From: Octopus sinensis
Taxonomy: Eukaryota
Length of the DNA: 64,000 nt
NCBI RefSeq assembly: GCF_006345805.1
Contig: NC_043001.1
Location: 101,680,001-101,744,000, forward strand
Direction of reading: 5' to 3'
Both the position numbers and the translations under genes were made by a program. Under the pieces are notes generated by a model. It made no database searches. It was not told the origin of the DNA and saw only the letters and a list, made by a program, of their open reading frames with translations. Shown here piece by piece: positions 37,536 through 52,204 of the stretch (positions are counted from its first letter, which is position 1; each line of letters opens with the position of its first letter).

Positions 37536-38371
37536 TTTAATGCAAGTATGCGTACAAATCCTAAAAAATTTACATATAAATATAAATATGTGTGCATACA
37601 CACTCATATTCTTACATATATATATATATATACACAATAATCCAATATAAACAATATACATCAATATACATCAACAAACACAATAATGTTCCATATTGAA
37701 CTCCGCAGCTCCTCAACCAACATCAAGAAACCACAACAGACACACTCACACTCAAAGCAGGCATATATATTAAACAGTCCAATATATTGAAATGTGTCAT
37801 TTCACAAAAAGTCAATAAAATTAATATCACCACGACGGTACCATCCAATGCAAGCGGACATCCGCATATATACGCAATCAGTCGAATTCCTCTGCCCGCA
37901 TGGTATTAATTTTCACAGATGGATTCGATTGGCCTATACTTTTAAAATTGAATTACAATAGAAATTTTACGGTTAGTTAGCTAGGAAACATAAACACGCG
38001 CACGCACATCCACAAAGCGTGCGCACATACATACATAGTTATATGTATACACACACACACACACCCACACACATACACATATACACACAGACATACCCAC
38101 ATACACAACCCAGTCATAAATAAATAAATAAATAAATAACATAAGAGGTACCATCCCAACTATACACATGCAAACAGAGGAACCCAACCGATTGCACATA
38201 CATGCATGCAGACATCCACCCGCCCCGGACAGCACCATGGCGGTGGTATTAACTACGTATTTACAAACAGATCCACTCACATATGTCCATAAATCTGTAA
38301 ATGCAATCATACCTTATAGACAGCATATATGTATATAAACACATATATGTGTGTGTATACGTACATATACA

Positions 38372-38417
<46 letters not shown>

Positions 38418-39353
38418 TATATGTATATATATATGTGTGTGTGTATATATATGTTATGTATCTGTGTGTACACATATATATATCTAAAACACATTTTTTT
38501 CTCTCCTTTTTTCCTCTTAATCCTTTCTGTCAAAGAGCGTAGGTCCAAAACATCAAGGACTTTTCCCTTTTCCCTGAGTGCTAAATTAGTGTCCCTACTT
38601 GTTGTTCCTTCACCTGTCTTCGACTTTTGTTTTCTGTAAATCTGAATTATATATACATGTATATACTATATATACATTCATTAATACATATAATTTTTTC
38701 TTCCCAAATACACACGCATGCACTATATTTTCATTCATCCCTCATTTATTGATGTTATTTCATCTTATGTCCATTGGGTGGAAATCTTTCATCCCACACA
38801 CATACACACACACACACACACACATAGATATATATACACATATATGTACATATATACGCACATAATATATATTTACATAAATATAAAAAAGGAACAAAAA
38901 CACATGAGAGGACAATAAAAAATCCGGACAGACGATACAAAGGCAGAGAAGAGAAACAACAAATAGAGAGACAGGAAGAAAAAAAGGATCGGTCATTCGT
39001 GGCCTTCTTTCATCAGTCAAGTTTCCAGATGGTCCTTACAGTTTCAGGCAGTTTCACTTGAGACTGTTCAAATCTGGTTGCTTCTATAAAGTCTAAGCTC
39101 AGAGCATTAGATTTTTTGTAAGAAAGCAAGCAAATGTGTACGACGACAAAGACAAAAACGGAAAACATTTTACACAATTACAAATACAAAGAAAAAAAAT
39201 ATAACAACAGGTGTCTTCCGACTAATGAAGACAAATCATATTTTGCTGGCATAGATATATATCCATGTGGGAGTGGGTGTGTATTTATGTGTCTATATAT
39301 TTACATATGTATGTAATGTATGTTGAGAGTCATGTATTTATGTGTGTGTGTGT

Positions 39354-39630
39354 GTCATCATCATCATCATCATCATTTAGCGTCCGTTTTCCATGCTAGC
39401 ATGGGTTGGACGGTTCTACTGGGGTCTGTGAAGCCAGAAGGCTTCATCAGGCCCAGTCAAATCTGGCAGTGTTTCTACGGCTGGATGCCCTTCCTAACGC
39501 CAACCACTCCGTGAGTGTAGTGGGTGCTTTTTACGTGCCACCCGCACTGGTGCCAGACAGAGCTGGCAAACGGCCACGAACGGATGGTGCTTTTTATGTG
39601 CCACTGGCACGAGGGCCAGGCGAGGCTGAA
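39354..39630 (-). mobile_element. RTE 3' UTR fragment
   Basis: (cat)n-tttagcgtccgttttccatgctagcatgggttgg..gatgcccttcctaacgccaaccactcc. Confidence 0.85.
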
Positions 39631-40767
39631 TTCCACCTACCTTTCTTCTAGCAAAATCCACTCACAAGGTTTTGGTCAAACTCAGGCTTCAGTCGAAGGC
39701 ACTTATCCAAGTTGCAGAACTATTGGATAGAATGCAGAACTGCAAAGTTGCAAAGTGAACTTTTTAATCCCATTGCTGTGTTTGAACCTACATCAATAAA
39801 GTTTGCATTCATGTTACGATGTTCATAATGAGTATGCACAGCCACACCCACACACATATACACACGTGCATGAGTAGGATCACAGATAACCCACAACTTC
39901 AGAGAATGAAGGAATTTGGAGAAGAATTATCAGGAATAATGGGAAGATGGACAATCATTGAGAAATGTTGAGTTTGACTGATCCCTGGTGATATTTAAGG
40001 GTAAATTAAAGAGATAGCAGGTGGGTGGGAGACAGCTATGGCATTGTGCTTAGCAAGGAAGGCCACAACTGATTAACTGTCAGCTTTGGCAAATCAAGTA
40101 TACAATGAGTGTTTCTCTGAAGAACTTTGTAAAAGCAAAGAATTTCTATCATAAAGAAACAGACATCTGTGGCTTTCTACATGGAGATAAAGTTAAGCTG
40201 TTATTAAAGTCACTGATCTTGGTATCTTTTTATATAATCTCAAATTGAAATTGAATGAATGAAAAAAAAAAATTAAAACAAACATAAAACAAACAAATTA
40301 ACAAAAGACAAAACCACTAATTGTCCTGATTCTTCTTTTCTGTGTCTATAAAATTATTCTACACCTGTTCTATTCTGATTTGAACACCATCCATTCTAAT
40401 TCCGACTTTGATGGACAAAACGGACATAGCTCTTGTTTCTGCTTTCTTTTTTTTTCTTCCTCACTTTCTTCACTATCTGTTTTTCAGTTCGCTTCTTCAC
40501 CTTCCTCTCATCTCTTCTTGTCTTCTCTCATAGACCAGCATCCTTTTTCTTTTGCTTTCAAATGAGACCAACCATATTGCGCTTTGAACCCGAAGGAATG
40601 CTTCAAGGGACAAGGCATGGTTTATTGTCTCTTACTTTATTGTGCTTCCACTGCATGAAACTATTGGTAGCTCATATCTAAATACTGTGTCTATTAAATG
40701 ATGCTTATCCCTCACTGGAGGAGTGTTTTACATTGTTGATCCTACCTATAACAGAACTGTCAACTAT

Positions 40768-40812
<45 letters not shown>

Positions 40813-40814
<2 letters not shown>

Positions 40815-41219
40815 GGCGCAGGAGTGGCTGTGTGGTAAATAGCTTGCTTACCAACCACATGGTTCCGGGTTCAGTCCCACCGCGTGGCATCTTGGGCAAG
40901 TGTCTTCTACTATAGCCTCGGGCCGACCAATGCCTTGTGAGTGGATTTGGTAGATGGAAACTGAAAGAAGCCTGTCGTATATATGTATATATATATATAT
41001 ATATATCATATAATTAAGGGCTAAAGAGGGTTATTCTAAAGCCAAATACACTGTTTTATCCACTTATAATCCGCTTGTTACAGGAAAATTGAAACTGAAA
41101 ACGGGCAACTAACCTTTATATGATGTATATTGCAACCGTAAGGGTTTTTTTAAATATACTGCCCACGCTTCCTGATGAATTCCTTTGCTGTAGAGTAAGG
41201 GACTTCATCCTATATTGCT

Positions 41220-41252
<33 letters not shown>

Positions 41253-41448
41253 TTGTCTCCCTAGCATTGCTTGACAACCGATGCTGGTGTGTATACGTCC
41301 CCGTCACTTAGCAGTTCGGCAAAAGAGACCAATAGAATAAGTACTGGGCTTACAAAGAATAAGTCCCGGGGTTGATTTGCTCGACTAAAGGTGGTGCTCC
41401 AGCATGGCCACAGTCAAATGACTGAAACAAGTAACAGAGAGTAACAGA
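40813..41448 (+). mobile_element. SINE family A split by a ~215-bp insertion in its internal (TA)n
   Basis: Head at 40813-40980, unrelated segment at ~41007-41222, 3' half at 41240-41448. Confidence 0.8.
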
Positions 41449-41449
41449 G

Positions 41450-41481
<32 letters not shown>

Positions 41482-41482
<1 letters not shown>

Positions 41483-41635
41483 GGGAGAGTTTACGGAAAA
41501 AAACAAAAGACGAAGACAGGTGGTGTACAAAACAAACAGATGTATTAGTATAATGCTCAGGAATAGAAAAAGTCTTTTACGTTTCGAGCCTACGCTCTTC
41601 TACAGAAAGGGACACAGAAAAAACAAGGAGAGAAA
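41482..41635 (-). mobile_element. Hammerhead-like short element (CUGUUGA family)
   Basis: Minus strand: ttt-CTGTAGA-a-gagc-gtag-gctc-GAAAC-GTA-aaagac (41572-41608); the 3' end abuts (TA)n. Confidence 0.7.
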
Positions 41636-41931
41636 CAATATATATATGTATATAGGAAAGAGGGTTTGAAAATGCAGAGGTCTTTTAAAGCTGTTTATTG
41701 ACTTGACTGGTTTCACTTTTTTAAAAAAAAGATTATCAAAAGTAAAATGTAAGGCTTTGTGTAATTTGTATAAGCTTTGTTGTGTTAAAAAATGGTTATC
41801 ATAATTGTATTAAAATACAGTCATACAGTCTTTGACAATGATAAGAAAATGTTAAGAGGGGCTTTTTGTTTAAACAGTTTACCACTGCCACTGGTGCTGG
41901 CTTTATCTGTAACCTCACACCATCACCACCA

Positions 41932-41962
<31 letters not shown>

Positions 41963-42136
41963 TACCACCACCGCCACCACTTTTTCAATTTATTTTTCCT
42001 TTTATTTCTGCATGATTAGATTGTCTGCTTGAAACAATTGAAACTGGTGGCAACTTTGTCAAAAATGTAAATGCTGTCTTATTTTTTAAAGTTCTCAAAG
42101 AATCTCTTCATTTTATATCTATCTGTCTGTCTGTCC

Positions 42137-42194
<58 letters not shown>

Positions 42195-42310
42195 GTATAT
42201 ATCAACACATGTATTGTAGCATTTAGTGACACTCTGTGCTTTGATTTCAAATCGCAATGTGGTGGATGGACGAAATTGTTAGAGCATTGGATAGAATCTC
42301 TTGTGGTTAC

Positions 42311-42354
42311 CTGTTCAACTTGTGCAGTCGAGATTCCAATTCAACCTCCTGTGA
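42311..42354 (-). CDS. Candidate small exon (unidentified), SQEVELESRLHKLN
   Basis: Acceptor catttacttctag, donor CAG|gtaacc; 44 nt, coiled-coil-like peptide. Too short to verify. Confidence 0.2.
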
Positions 42355-42532
42355 CTAGAAGTAAATGTCTGAGATGCTTCTGCCGAGAGTTCTCTCAGAC
42401 AATATCATCAACGGATACTCCAGTGAAATTATATTTTCCTTGGTTCTATCAGGAGATCAATTACAATGCAATAAATATGATATATGCTGTTTGTTTATAC
42501 ACATAGGAAAGAAATATCAGTGTGTGTAAATA

Positions 42533-42566
<34 letters not shown>

Positions 42567-43364
42567 GTCATCATCATCATCATCATCATCAACAACATCA
42601 TCATAACCATCATCATCATCATCATCATCGTTATTTAACATCTGTTACCCATGCTGGCATTGGTTGGACAGTTTGAGAGGAGCTGGCTAACCAAAGAACT
42701 GCAATTTTTCTCTGCCTGGATACCCTCCCTAATGCCAATCACTCTACTTTTTACTTTCTACATGGCACCAACACCCATACTTCACATGTGGCATCAGCTC
42801 AGGTGCTTTTTACATGTCAATGAATGAGAAAGAAAGGCTCAATACATGTTGGAAACACACAGATTTTGTTTTCTTTTAATTAAAACTGAAACAGGGAGTT
42901 TGTCTCAGGACCTGGGTTTTATGCTTGTTTGATCATCAGGTGAAATTAACATGGCTTGGTGTTGATGGTGCACGTGTGTATATATATATATGGCACAGGA
43001 GTAGCTGTATTGGAAGTTGCTTACTCTCCATCCATATGGTTTGGGGTTCAGTCCCACTGCTTGGCACCTTGGGCTAGTGTCTTCTTCTATAGCATCAGGC
43101 TGACCAAATCCTTATGAGTGAATTTCGTAGACAGAAGCTGAAAGAAGCCTGTCATACATATACATATATATATAGAGAGAGAGTGAGAGAGTTTATGCGA
43201 GGTAATTGTGTCATTGAGACTCAAAGGTGTCAGGTAATGCTGAATAAGTGCTATAGACAGACCATAGTTAAGCTCCAGGTTTGGTAATTTTGCGAATAAA
43301 GGGTTCAACGTTGGTCATATGTAAGCATGTGTAAATAAGAATTTATATATATGTGTGTGTGTGT

Positions 43365-43670
43365 GACAGAGTTTCGACAGCTGGATGCTCTTCTTAACAC
43401 CAACCACTCCGAGAGTATAGTGGGTGCTTTTACGTGCCACCGGCACAGGGGCCAGCCACCCGGTACTGGCAACGGCCACCCTCAAATGGTGTTTTTACGT
43501 GACACCCGTACAGGAGCCAGTCCAGTGGTACTGGCAACGACCTCGCTCGAATGTTTATTCATGTGCCACCAGCACAAGTGCCAGTAAAGTGAAGCTGGTC
43601 ACGATCACGCTTGAATGGTGCTTTTTAAGTGCCACCGGCATGGAAGCCAGTTAACCGCTCTGGCACTGTT
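43365..43670 (-). mobile_element. RTE 3' UTR fragment with tandem subrepeats
   Basis: ctggatgctcttcttaacaccaaccactcc..gtgggtgcttttacgtgccaccggcac repeated several times. SINE A heads nearby at 42991-43155 (+) and 43715-43830 (-). Confidence 0.75.
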
Positions 43671-43847
43671 TGCACATTTTGGGACACTACTACTACTACT
43701 ACTACTAATACCAATTTACATGCAAAGCATTAGTCAGCTTAGTGCTCTAGTAGAAGATTCTTGCTCAAGGTGTTGTGGAACAGAACTGAACGCAAAACCA
43801 CACGTTTGGGAAATGAATTTCTTGCACAGCCATAGCTGCATCCATGT

Positions 43848-43883
<36 letters not shown>

Positions 43884-45899
43884 GAGAGAGAGGGAGAACA
43901 GCTGAAGTTTTTCCATTTGTACACTCTATTATGTATGATGACAATTATCCATATATTTTTATTAATAAGCTAATTACTAATAATTGCCACAAGACATAAT
44001 TAAGGAGGATGGAGTTGGCTAACACTCAAATATTCAAATTTACATCTACCTCATAAGTGTTGTAGTAGCTGTTGCTATGACACTGTTGTTTATACTTTAT
44101 GAATGTGAGCCAAGAATTTACTAGTAAAAGAGAACGCATTCTGAGTCGGTGCCGTTCTGACTCTAGACAACCTCAATGCCAGGACCATGGGACAGTCTTT
44201 TGTTTTGCTCTATCCAAGAAAGAACTTTTATCTAGCATCCCTAGAAACCTTTGCAAGGGTCTGTCGTTTCTATATTACTCTAATCTCAAATATGTCAACC
44301 TGTAGACTGTCTTTTGTATGTATGTAAGATGTTAAACGTAAGATGCTAAATGTAAGATGTAGCACGGTTTTCTTTTAAATGTTATGCAGCCTGCACCCTT
44401 ATATATCTTGATGTTTGCATTGAGATCGCTTCAGCTGTATCTTGAAAATAGATGTGTTTTACTTTGACAAATACAACCACTAAATTCTCTCCTCTCTAAT
44501 CATCTCATGCTCTTTGTTTTCACCCTTCTACATACAGGACCCTGTTCTAATATCATTGGGACATGCAAATCCAGTCTGACATTCCAGTGACCACAGGTCA
44601 CCCACGCCATGCTGCAACATCAAAGTGACGATGAGCCATGTGTCTACTTCGTGTTCAGTATCTCTGGTTGTGAGTCTCATGTTTCTTTGATCCAGAACTG
44701 GGACCCAAATGCATCCTCAGAAATGGGTCTAAACAATTCAGAGCCTATTTTTTAAGCTGCATTATTTATTTTTAAAAGCAGAGCAAATAGTGCCATAGTT
44801 TTTGTTGTTTTCTGAGGTAATTTCAGCCAATATGTCTGAGAAGACTTGTTGTCTAACTTGATGTGAGAAAAATTTAATCTGTTTCCATCTTTTCAAAGAC
44901 AGAGATATAAAATTTTTATCTTCACCTTCCTTTGGATTATTTCCTGAGGCAATGAAATGCTGTTGGGTTTTACAAATTCTTCCAATCAATATTTTTTACT
45001 TGTAAATGTGACAGGTCTATAAATTCTATCTTCTGTTCATTTAGAGTTGAGGGTTGGTTTGTCTTTAGTTGTTAAAGGAATCAGCCACAGAATTTGGAAT
45101 CATGTAAAATTGCTACCCTTGGTGTTGTTCCTGGACTGTCTTATAAATTATTTATTGAAGTATTTGAGGCATTTTATTCAATTAAATGTTCCCCAAAGTG
45201 TTTATTTTCTTCCACCTCTGCTACATTTAGTCACATGTTTTGATTTTGAGTTGTTTTTTTCTTTTTTCAGCCATTGCTGTGTTTTGTCATGTAGCCATGA
45301 TCATGTGGTCGCCATTTTGGATGTGAAAATGTAATCTTCATAAATAAAATTTAAAATTTTGCGAAACAAACTTTTGTTTTTTCTTGTCCCAGGATTGAAG
45401 AGTAGTTCCTCCTTAGGCAATTATCTTTCTTCTACAAGTACTCCTGAGAAAATTTCATTTGGAAGTGTTTCAAGTAAAACATGTTTTGAAGGGAAAATAC
45501 GAAAAGCAACTTCACAATAAGAGAGCGAACAATCATAAGAAGAACAACAACAGCTACAACGGTTTCTTTTATTGTTGAGAGAAGAATCAATGAAGAGGAT
45601 ATTACGGAACGGTTACATAGAATATATATAAATAGAATGGGGGAAATAAATAAATAAATTCAATGAAATAAAAAGTATAGAAAAAAAATAGCAGTACAGC
45701 TGTACTTGTGTAGAAAGACATTCGACCAGGAATAGAATCTGCAATGGATTCATGATCATACTGGCCATCAAAGATAAACGTCCTCTCCTTACAGCAGCAA
45801 ATGGCAACAAGACTGAAGTTTGTTAGATTATATGCGCATGTGTGTGTGTGTGTGTGTTTGCTATTTTTAATTATTTGAGATCTTCCTTTGCGGAAGGAG

Positions 45900-47500
45900 C
45901 TGGTTCCTAACAAAGATATAAAGCTTCATCATTGGAATGTAGATCACAAAAGCAATGTTTCGTTTTAAACTTGAGAAAAGTCTTGCATACTTTTACTGTT
46001 CCACTTACAGGTTGTATCTGTAATGTGTGAATCGGTTGATTTCTGTTTCTGAAAGCCTCGGCTTTTCCAGATTATCACTAAGGGATTTACTCGCAAAATC
46101 AAATGCACCAAGTATTACTGGTATGAATGTGAATTTATAATCTGGATATAGAAGCTGTGGGTTTTAAAGCAATTGTCTGTAGTTATTCTCTTTGATCTTC
46201 AAAGAGAAACCCACTTCAACAGGGCAGTTGATTTTCTATAATGGTACATCTAATGTGTATTCCAGAAATGTTGAGACTTTTTCAGGAGAGACATTTATTA
46301 ATTTCAGAGAAGTGCAAATCTTTAATCTCCTTCAAAGTAGGATCCTTTGACTTCAATGCACTTATTGTAGCACTCCAGCCACTTTGTTAAGGCCCCATAG
46401 AAGTCCTCCAAAGTGAAGATGTCCAGCCAGGACCCTTGTCACAGCCTCTTCTTCATCTTCTCTTTCATCTTCGAAGAACAACCAAAAGTCACTGGGAGCA
46501 AGGTCTGGACTGTAGGGAGGGTGAGGGACAGTTTTGCTATCCATCTCTGTCAAGTAGTTGGTTACTGGGATGGAATTGTGTCCTGATGCATGTGCTCTGG
46601 CCTTTTGTGTAGAAATCTCTTCTTGAACTCCCTGAAAACCTGCACAAAAGTCCTCTTTGTTGACCATCTGACCAGATGTGAATGATTCCCTTGCTGTTGA
46701 AGAAGGATATCATCTTCTACATTCCAGTGGATTTCCTCATGCAAGGTGATCCAGAAGCAGTCTGGGGCATCCCATAAGCTTCTGCCACGTTTTTGTCCAG
46801 TTTAACACAAAACTTTATTCCATAACCAGTCTCCAAATTGCTTTGACATTCCGACTTTATTCTGAAAATCACCCAGTTGCAGCAAGCAGTGTTTAGTAGG
46901 ATGGGTTCAAATTGCCGTTCAAGGCATCTCCTTCAAAATGGATAAATACAATCTTGGCAGGTCAGCTTATTAGATGTATAGTAATTCCATACTAAAATTA
47001 CAATAATCTAGAATAGCTTTAGCTGCCTCGTCTAAAAAAGTCTCAAAACTTCTGGAATGCACCTTGTACTTTTCTTGTCTGTCCCAAGCAAATATATCTG
47101 GACCATTTTTGCTGGCATTTCATAGAAGAATTGATGGGAATGTTCTTCCAATATTTCTTGTGTTAATGTTTGTGAATGTATTCAATAAGAGGAAGATTCC
47201 CAATATTTTTATCCCAGGAAAGTCTTTTTTTGAATGGCATTGTGTTTTAGCAACATCATGTTGCATTGGAACGTAGTACCTTGATAACACTTTTGTGTAG
47301 CTGCTGCTCTTGTGTGTGATGTCTTCCTCAGAAATGTGTCATAACCAACATGTTTGGTTGCATATTGTTCGTGGAATGGAATCATTTTTGTCTCTTTGAC
47401 TGTTTCAAACCAATTTCAATCTTGCTTCTTATCACTCTGTGACAACTACAGGACAGATTTCAAAACATTGAAGTAGTTAACAAAATTAATAACAAGTGAA
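45900..47500 (-). mobile_element. Decayed RLE-type (NeSL/R2-like) LINE C-terminus, split by a mariner
   Basis: Minus strand: CWL..EEDITH..SRYYVPMQHDVAK (zinc-knuckle relic), KYWKNIPI..PDIFAWDRQEK | mariner | CTIIE.NCP..KENNYRQLL..LLYPDYKFTFIPVILGA..KSLSDNLEK..VSGTVKVCKTFLKF. Confidence 0.8.
46251..47068 (-). mobile_element. Internally deleted mariner
   Basis: Imperfect TIRs gtgtattccagaaatgttgagactttttcag and ctaaaaaagtctcaaaacttctggaatgcaccttgta. Minus strand carries TVPHPPYSPDLAPSDFWLF and N-terminal HTH relics. Confidence 0.85.
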
Positions 47501-49674
47501 TTCATTCTGAAAGCTTTTGTCTTTCTTTGAAATAATACAATCTAAATAATTGAAGGCTTTGATTCCGCCAGGTCCATTTCTGCTGTCCCTTCATTTTAAA
47601 GATTGCACCAGGTCTTTTGTTTATTCTATAGTAGATCTTTTGTTTGGCCAAATTACATATGGCCTTATCATCTTTCACCCTGCAAGAATTTTCCTTTCCA
47701 ATGCTTTTTTTTACGCCTCATCTATTCATTCAAGTCTCTCTTTGTGACAGTGGAATCAGTCTGGCAATGGTCAGTTGTGTTGTTGAGATTTAGAATAGAA
47801 TAAAGTTGGCAGAACGGTTAGGATGCAAGACAAAATGCTTAGCAGAATTTCGTTTGGCTTTACATTCTGAGTTCAAATTCCACTGAGGTTGACTTTGTAA
47901 TGGATACATAAGTACATACATACAAGTATACATACATACATACATACTACATACATACATACATACATACAAGTATACATACATACATACATACATGCAT
48001 GCATACATATATGCATGCATACATACATGCATACATACATGCATATATATATGCATACATACATACATACATACATACATACATACATACATACATACAT
48101 ACATACATGTGTCTGCACACACATACATGTATACCCCATATACATACAAATATATGTACACATGTAACTGAAAGGTAAAACAAGTAGAATACTAATTAAG
48201 GTAAATCAAACCAGAAGGACAAGGAAGAAGGTTCTCCTACAAAAAATGTATTAACAGGTGTGTGTATGTGTGTGTATGTGTGTATGTGTGTCTATGTGTG
48301 TATGTATGTGTGTTTGTGTGTTTGTGTGTGTGTGTGTTTTTCTGTGTATGTGTGTACGTTTGTGTGTGTGCGTGTGTGCTTTTCTGTGTGTGTGTGTGCG
48401 TTTGTGTGTGTGTGTGTGTGTGCATTTGTGTGTGTATGTGTGTGTGTTTGTGTGTGTATGTGTGTGTGTGTATTTTTCTGTGTGTGTGTGTGTGTGTGAG
48501 TGAGTGTGTGTGCAGTAGGCCAGATCTCATAGCCCAGACAACTTGGACCAAGTGGCATCACAGGTGTTGCTGTGTCAAAACTCCAAAAGGCAGAATATTT
48601 TCTGCAAAACATCTCAGCCTTTGGCACTTTTCTTTCCCAAACTTGAAAAAAAATGGAAAGTAAAGTTAACTTTAGCAGAATTTGAGCTTAGAATGCATGG
48701 GATGAGAACAAATGCTGCGAGGGATGATTCTATCCAATGCCCTAACCGCAGTCTGACAATAAATTCTTTATTTCCAATCTTGACAGAACTATCAAAGCAA
48801 GATTGAATGTAAACAATCAAATGGCCTGAAAACTATTTGCTTCCATCATTGCAGATTCTACAAGATAAACTGGAGCTTAACAAAACAATGAACCACATTC
48901 ATAAAAAGACCCGCAGTACAATGTATCTGTTCAACACACACACACAAACACACACTCACACATAGTCAAACACACAAGCAAGCACACATACGAAACACGT
49001 GTATATAAACAGTGGTAGAGGAATATATCTAAGCATCCCTAGATACACAAATGAACAAAGGGAAAAATATCTCAATACCTTTTTTTTACAGGTAATATTA
49101 CATACATAAGGTAACGAGCTGGCAGAATCGTTAACACACCTGGCAAAATGCTGAGTGACATTGCTTCAGTTTTTACATTCTGTGTTCAAACTCTGCTAAG
49201 GTTAGCATTGTCTTTCATCTCTTAAAATACGTACCAGCTGAATAACAGAGTCAATTTAATTCACTTGCCCCACCCCCAAGATTACTGGCTTTTTGCCAAA
49301 ATCTGAAGCCAATACTAAATTCACAAGGTTATAATTTCACATTCTACTTGCCCATGGATCTAGGTTTCATGTTTCCATTTTTGGATGGAACTGCTGGAAT
49401 CGATTCACTTCTATGTCAATATTTGTCACCGAAGGTTGTTTGTTTGGTTTCCCTCTTCTGGTTTCTCATGCAGCTACAATGACACACACCAGATAAAAAG
49501 TACCCACTACATTCTGTAAAGTGGTTGGCATTAGGACGGGCATGCAGCCATAGGAACCATATCGAAGCAGTCAGTAAGCTTGGTACAGTCTTTTGGCTTG
49601 CCAGATCCTATCAAACCATCCAACTCATGCCAACATGGAAGGCAAGCATTAAATGATATTAACAATGATGATGA

Positions 49675-49721
<47 letters not shown>

Positions 49722-49729
<8 letters not shown>

Positions 49730-50029
49730 ATCACGTGACTGACCAGTCCATCAGATGTAGTTACACATCGCTGGTCACAATGCGTTCGCATTGTTTTAGC
49801 CTTCGAATGACGCCACCCCGCTGGCTAAGCGAGCAGGCTAACAGAAGAAAGAGTGGGAGAAAGAGTGGTGAAAGAGTACAGCAGGGATCACCACCCCCTG
49901 CTGGAGCCTCGTGGAGCTTTTTAGGTGTTTTCGCTTAATAAACACTCACAACACCCGGTCTGGGAATCAAAACCGCGATCCTGCGACCATGAGTCCGCTG
50001 CCCTAACCACTGGGCTATTGCGCCTCCAC
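49722..50029 (-). mobile_element. tRNA-derived SINE, family C
   Basis: Minus head ggaggcgcaatagcccagtggttagggcagcggactc..ggttttgattcccagaccgg; tail ends (cacgtgat)2 in (TA)n. Confidence 0.85.
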
Positions 50030-50488
50030 ATATATATATATATACACACACACAATCCCCTGCAAGTTAATACAGGGCCTCCTAATGACAATGTAAACTT
50101 CACTTAATCAAGGTATATTTGGCCTGAAGAATAGCTTCCGGCCGTCCCCCTCGTCTGGACAGTTACTACTTCTGATGTCCTGTTAGCTGTGAAACATATC
50201 TAGTCTGGCATTTTATCTGCTTCATTCCCTAATTTTTGAATTTTTTAACATATATTTATATATATTTCGCCTGTTTTTATGTTCTGAATTCAAATTCCGT
50301 TGAGGTTGACTTTGCCTTTCATCCTTTCGGGGTCAATAAATTAAGTACCAGTTGTGTACTGGAGCCAGTCTAATTAACAGCACCCCCCACCACCACTTCC
50401 AAAATTTCAGGCCTTGTGCCTAGAGTAGAAAAAAAATATTTATATATACACATATACATATATACACACACACACTCATACTCACACT

Positions 50489-50552
<64 letters not shown>

Positions 50553-50715
50553 GCATCTGCTAATATTTTGCATGTACCATGTCCTTGCATTGTTGTTTTT
50601 TTCTTGTTTTTCCTCATTTTGCAGGGTATTAACCATATATAACCATATTTATACATATAATATCTATAGGTATATATATATTTATACACCTATATGGCCA
50701 TATATAGTACGTGTG

Positions 50716-50762
<47 letters not shown>

Positions 50763-52004
50763 ATACATATATGTATATACGTATGTATGTATATTTACAT
50801 GTATATGCTTGCGTAGTCTAAGTCTTGTGTATGTATGATGTATTGTTCTTTATCTATTTTTAGCAAAACATTTCAAATCTTATCTCTTATTTAGGAATAA
50901 ATTATGCATTTTATGAGAAATGGTTCTCATTCATATGGGACACCTCGATTGCTCTAATATTTCTGTGGTTCAAATTAGCTCTCTTCATGAGAAATTACCG
51001 TGGAAAGGTCTTCCTGCGGAGCGAGAGTCTTAACTACTTACGCCATGTATATTGCTGTAAAACAAGCTTTTACCAAGAAATTGATAGTTTCTTAGACACT
51101 TTTATTCTTGGAATTACTTTATTTTTATATTTTTATCATTTTATATTTTCTTTTACAATTACTCATTTTTTTTCTGGTTTTCATGTTATTTTGATATATA
51201 AAGATATATGTATTATTATTGATCAGTTTTTTTTTTTTTGTTTGTGTTTTTCGGTTTGAGATATTTCTTTTCCCTTGTCAAACAAAGTGTGCCAGCATGG
51301 GAAAAGTAGATATTTTAAAAAGTTGAAGTTGTAGCTAATACTGATGACAATGACAACGATTATGATGATGATGATGATGTTAATGACAGCAGTAGTGGTG
51401 GTCGTGGCGCCAGCAGCGGTGGCAGTGGTGATGGTGGTGATGGCTGTGTTTGTAGTGTGGAATGACAACAACAACGATGATCATAATGATGGTGGTGGTG
51501 GTGGTGGTGGTGGTGGTGAGTGAGGTGGTGGTGATAGTGGTGGTGGTGGTGATGGTGGTGTTGGTGGTGATTGTGGTGTTGGTGGTGATTGTGGTGGTGA
51601 TGGTAGTGGTGGTGATGGTGGTGGTGGTGGTGATTGTGGTGGTGGTGGTGGTGTGCATTAAATCTTTTTTGGTATTGAGATCTTTGTTTTTGCTTATTTT
51701 TTTGTAATATTTCTGAAATGTCTAATATGTGAGTACATTGTGCAGAATGGACCCCCATGTTCATGTTGCAGGAGTTCAACTCCTGTTGTGGCAATATACA
51801 AAATACATGTCCTACAATATCATCATCAGGCATACACTGCATGGATCTGGACATCTGAGGAATTCGCTGCAAGAACTTTCCATTTTGTTTCTTGGAATAA
51901 CTGTCGTGCTGTTGGGGTTTTGTTTCCTTTTTGGTTTTTAATGGAGGAATGGCTGGTGTTGGATGGATTGAGAAAGAATTTGTGTCTTCCTAGAAGTCAG
52001 GATA

Positions 52005-52173
52005 AAGTGCAAGTATGGCTTTGTGGTAAGAAGTTTGCTTCCTAACCAAATGGTTCCAGGTTCAGTCCCACTGCGTGGCACCTTGAGTGAGTGTTTTCTA
52101 CAACAGCCTTAGACCAACCAAAACCTTGTAACTGGATTTAGCAAAGAGAAACTGAAAGAAGCCCATCGTGTGC

Positions 52174-52204
<31 letters not shown>

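Noticed and set aside
50960-51075. Possible further hammerhead relic (cttcCTGCGGAgc...gctGTAAAAC)
   Set aside because: Core and stems are too degenerate, with no clear GAAA or cleavage triplet and no second copy in the window.
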